Source: Candidatus Methanomethylicaceae archaeon (GTDB taxonomy: Archaea; Thermoproteota; Methanomethylicia; Methanomethylicales; Methanomethylicaceae). From it: 53,336 nucleotides of DNA. Each line of letters starts with the position of its first letter. Position 1 is the first letter of the stretch. The notes under the pieces are model-generated. The model was given only the letters and a program-made list of their open reading frames with translations. It did no database searches and was not told where the DNA came from. The position numbers and the translations under genes are program-made. This document shows positions 50,512 through 53,336 of this stretch, piece by piece. The stretch is from contig JANXER010000007.1 in assembly GCA_025057955.1 (NCBI GenBank), forward strand, positions 1 through 53,336, in the 5' to 3' direction.

Positions 50512-50917
50512 CCTAATTTTATTCGATTTAGTTAGGCGATTTGGGCATACTCCTCTTGGATTGGGTGAGGAGGTTTCTAAGAATGTCAATAAGCCAGAGA
50601 TTGATTCTCCTCCAATGAATATAACTCCCGATTTTCCTAGAAAGGGCTTAAAATATGTTGCAATAGAGGTTCCTTCTGGGGTTAGAGGAAGATTGGCTCT
50701 AATAGGTCCATTAATTGAAGAGGCAGATGCTGCAATAATAGTAGATGATCCAGAGGTTGGCTTTGGATGTACAAGCTGTGGAAGAGCTAATGAATTCCTC
50801 ATATATCTTGTGAAGCAGAGAGGAATTCCTTACATTGTGGTTCCCTATCCTTATACCGAAGAAGAAGCGAAAATCATGGTTAGTGAGATTAAAAAGTTCC
50901 TAGCCTCTTTACATTGA
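50480..50917 (+). CDS. Methanogenesis marker protein 5
   Basis: KVYIHPPNSLIL.DLV.RFGH.PL, DSPPMNIT, GLKY.AIEVPSGVRGR, FGC.SC.R.NE. Confidence 0.93.
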   Translation: MAKVYIHPPNSLILFDLVRRFGHTPLGLGEEVSKNVNKPEIDSPPMNITPDFPRKGLKYVAIEVPSGVRGRLALIGPLIEEADAAIIVDDPEVGFGCTSCGRANEFLIYLVKQRGIPYIVVPYPYTEEEAKIMVSEIKKFLASLH

Positions 50918-50919
50918 AA

Positions 50920-51153
50920 TCATTCAAATTTTTTGAGAACCTCCTCCAATCTCTTGCGTATGAATTCCTTGGCCTTAATTAAATTCTCATAATTCCCTTT
51001 CAATGCCCACATCATAGGAGGATTTTCATTATTAAGCATTGCCTCTTTTATTGGTACCTCTACTATTTCAATGCCAAACTTATTGACTGCTTCTGCTATT
51101 ATTGAATAGGGCGTTCCAGCAGGAATAGGCATAAGATACTTTCTCTCTTCCAT
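50920..51153 (-). CDS. Small hypothetical protein (77 aa)
   Basis: IPAGTP..II.E....F...V...LKG..ENL.KA..FI; stop abuts the mmp5 stop; AT-rich promoter-like sequence upstream. Confidence 0.65.
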   Translation of the reverse strand: MEERKYLMPIPAGTPYSIIAEAVNKFGIEIVEVPIKEAMLNNENPPMMWALKGNYENLIKAKEFIRKRLEEVLKKFE

Positions 51154-51340
51154 AGTACATTAATTGATTAATTGAAATATAAAAATCTATATAATTCCCT
51201 ATATATAATCTATATTTAAATTATCATATTATGATAATATAAAAAATAATCTATATATTATCGCTTATAGATCGCCTCATTTTTCAAGAATTTCTGCAGT
51301 TATATTTCCAAATGGTACCACATTTATTGAATAATTTTTT

Positions 51341-52597
51341 CTAGGAGCTAGATTTTATTAAATCCAGAATCTCCTTTGCCCTTTTAGGTGTTATATCTCT
51401 TTCTCTTACCATAATCTCAGCAATTTTATCCACTAAATCTCCCTTTGCACCTACCATTATTGCTATATTTCTTGCATGAAGCTCCATATGCCCTCTTTGT
51501 ATGCCCTCAGTAACTAATGCTCTAAGTGCTGCAAAGTTTTGTGCTAAGCCTACAGCACACATTATTTCAGCCAATTCCTTAGCTGTTTTAATGCCTAAGA
51601 TTTTTAAGGATAGTCTAGCCAATGGATGAGCTCCTATAGCTCCACCTACTGTACCTACCGCTAAAGGCATTTCCAATTCTCCTACTAAGTCATCCTTCTC
51701 ATTTTTATACCATCTTGATAGTGGAAGATACCTACCTGAGAGAGATGCATAAGCATGTGCTCCTGCCTCAATTGCTCTCGTATCGTTTGCAGTTGCTAAA
51801 GCTATGGCTATAATTCCATTCATAATTCCTTTATTATGTGTAGTAGCTCTATATACATCATAGCATGCAAATTTATATGCCTTTATAATATCATCAATTA
51901 TCTTTTCACCTATCACTTCCTTCTTATATACTACTTTAGCTCTTACTATTCTTTCTGTGGCAAGATTCGATATAATTCTTAAAAGCACACTACCTCCAGT
52001 TATTGCCTCAATATCTGGCGCCATTCCTTCAACAATTGTATTCACTGTATTTGCTCCCATGGCGTCTTTACAATCAACAAAGAATTCTACTATCAACATT
52101 TCATCATTTGAAGGGCCAATGATTCTAGCATTTACGTCCCTTACACCTCCTCCTACCTCAACCAAGCTCTTTGCAAAGGAGTTGGCTCTTTCTATTAATT
52201 CAGATTTAAATTTCAAAATATCATTAATTGCTTTATTTGGATTTGGAACATTCAATACTTGAATTTGTCCGCGCATTATTGATCTTGTGCACTCTGCTAT
52301 AAAACCCTCGGGAAGTGCTAGCTTTGCAGCATGACTTGCAGCAGCAATAACAGAGGGCTCCTCAATTACCATGGGTATTAAATAATCCTTACCATTAATT
52401 CTGAAATTAACCGCAATTCCTAAAGGTATTGGAAAAATACCCACAACATTTTCCACCATTTTATCAGCTAATGAGATCTCAAGCCCACCATCTAATAATT
52501 TCAAATCTTCATCTGTTAAGTTTGCAAAATTTTTCAATTCCCTTCTTCTCTCATTTATACTCATTTTATAGAAGCCAGGAAGCCTAGAAGTTCTCAT
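51341..52597 (-). CDS. mvaA: Class II HMG-CoA reductase
   Basis: SR..GFYK, ENVVG, EEPSVIAAAS, DAMGAN, HNKGIMNG, GLAQN, EGIQRGHM.LHARN; GAGGTGA RBS before ATG 52597. Confidence 0.93.
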   Translation of the reverse strand: MRTSRLPGFYKMSINERRRELKNFANLTDEDLKLLDGGLEISLADKMVENVVGIFPIPLGIAVNFRINGKDYLIPMVIEEPSVIAAASHAAKLALPEGFIAECTRSIMRGQIQVLNVPNPNKAINDILKFKSELIERANSFAKSLVEVGGGVRDVNARIIGPSNDEMLIVEFFVDCKDAMGANTVNTIVEGMAPDIEAITGGSVLLRIISNLATERIVRAKVVYKKEVIGEKIIDDIIKAYKFACYDVYRATTHNKGIMNGIIAIALATANDTRAIEAGAHAYASLSGRYLPLSRWYKNEKDDLVGELEMPLAVGTVGGAIGAHPLARLSLKILGIKTAKELAEIMCAVGLAQNFAALRALVTEGIQRGHMELHARNIAIMVGAKGDLVDKIAEIMVRERDITPKRAKEILDLIKSSS

Positions 52598-52602
52598 TTT
52601 TC

Positions 52603-53259
52603 TCACCTCAATTTTTTCAATATTTGTAATACCCCTCTACCATTTTTCTCCTCACATATTATATCTGCTCTCCTCTTAAGTTCAGTTATTGCGTTACCAA
52701 CGGCCACTTTAATATCAGCAATTTCAAAGAGTGGAATATCGTTTATATCATCTCCTATTGCCATTATTCTTCCATTTCCAAGTCTTTCAATAGCTATTTT
52801 TACCCCTCTTCCTTTATTCCAATCTTTAGGCAAAATTATGAATATATTCCTATTGAAATCAAAATGAATTTCTTTCAACATTCCATTCTTCTTCAATAAT
52901 TCTACTACAGCCTCATAATATTTCATACTACCAAAGATAATAATTTCTCCATACATTAAATCTATGTTTTCCTTTTTCGCCCTTTCTATGATTAAATCCT
53001 TAATGTTATACCATTTTTTATCTGGCAAAACCTCCTTGTTTCCATTCATCATGATTATGGTTCCATTCTCTAAAACTAAGGCATCAAATATTTCAAAAAC
53101 TATTTTATCTGGTATATTTTCTAGAGCTCTTCCTGTTGCTAAAATTTTTTTCTGAGGAAGATTTTCTAAGAGAATTTTAAGTTCGCTATTTATCATGAAG
53201 TTATTTTCCTCATCTGCAATGGTTCTATCATAGTCCATAACAATGATTTCTACTTTCAT
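52603..53259 (-). CDS. HAD-superfamily IIB (Cof/phosphoglycolate phosphatase-like) hydrolase
   Basis: DYDRT, ATGR, ENG, NKG.G, IGDDINDIPLF, AVGNA. Confidence 0.88.
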   Translation of the reverse strand: MKVEIIVMDYDRTIADEENNFMINSELKILLENLPQKKILATGRALENIPDKIVFEIFDALVLENGTIIMMNGNKEVLPDKKWYNIKDLIIERAKKENIDLMYGEIIIFGSMKYYEAVVELLKKNGMLKEIHFDFNRNIFIILPKDWNKGRGVKIAIERLGNGRIMAIGDDINDIPLFEIADIKVAVGNAITELKRRADIICEEKNGRGVLQILKKLR

Positions 53260-53336
53260 AATCTTCAATCCTCCATCTTTTATTAGAATATTATTCTTTG
53301 TACCTTTTTATGAAGAAAATACTTTATTAAAAATTC

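Noticed and set aside
51154-51340. AT-rich gap with TTCCAAATGG resembling a mini-ORB, or a tRNA/ncRNA
   Set aside because: Single weak match, no initiator gene and no cloverleaf or T-loop motif; it is adequately explained as promoter plus terminator.
165-53155. Numerous antisense or overlapping ORFs in the track (e.g. 5836-6243, 9226-9654, 15217-15753, 31383-31982, 42040-42597, 43034-43471)
   Set aside because: They lie opposite or inside well-supported genes, have Ser/Ile/Phe/Pro-rich shadow composition and show no motifs.
1-53336. rRNA, tRNA, CRISPR arrays, IS elements, Sec/Pyl read-through
   Set aside because: The window is almost fully protein-coding, and I saw no GC-rich structured RNA, periodic repeat-spacer pattern, transposase or conserved gene interrupted by an in-frame stop. 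tRNAscan-SE and Infernal would be needed to exclude small RNAs.

Overview
An AT-rich, gene-dense archaeal segment from a methanogen with a canonical (methane-type) methyl-coenzyme M reductase (MCR). mcrB-mcrG-mcrA are contiguous while mcrD and mcrC lie about 21 kb away. This arrangement, with the divergent McrA, points to a non-classical, probably TACK/Methanomethylicia (Verstraetearchaeota)-like and likely thermophilic host; the taxonomy is inference only. Bases 1-20.5 kb are housekeeping: pgk, gap, usp, phosphomutase, ADH, PfkB kinase, acdB, gatCAB, cdc48, leuA/cimA, a NEIL2/3-like glycosylase, tbp, signal peptidase, porGDAB and a gamma-CA family gene. Bases 20.6-51.2 kb form a methanogenesis supercluster interrupted by a roughly 6.4 kb housekeeping block. 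It holds a regulator-flanked NitT/TauT ABC importer just upstream of mcrBGA, then DUF483, a HAD, DUF2098, mmp2, atwA (component A2), tfuA, ycaO and mmp15. It also holds an operon mmp3-mmp6-mmp17-mmp7-second zinc-less A2 paralog-RACo-type ASKHA activator-hypothetical-ACT, divergent from mcrD-mcrC-mmp5. The best candidate for an undescribed system is this operon, which links the MCR activation complex to a second A2-like ATPase and an ATP-dependent [2Fe-2S] reductive activator. Other oddities are nucleotide-identical blocks between the internal domain repeats of tbp and cdc48, a probable ATT start codon, and a Val-initiated Fpg/Nei glycosylase. No rRNA, tRNA, CRISPR array or mobile element was recognised. 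All family calls come from motif recognition, not database searches.
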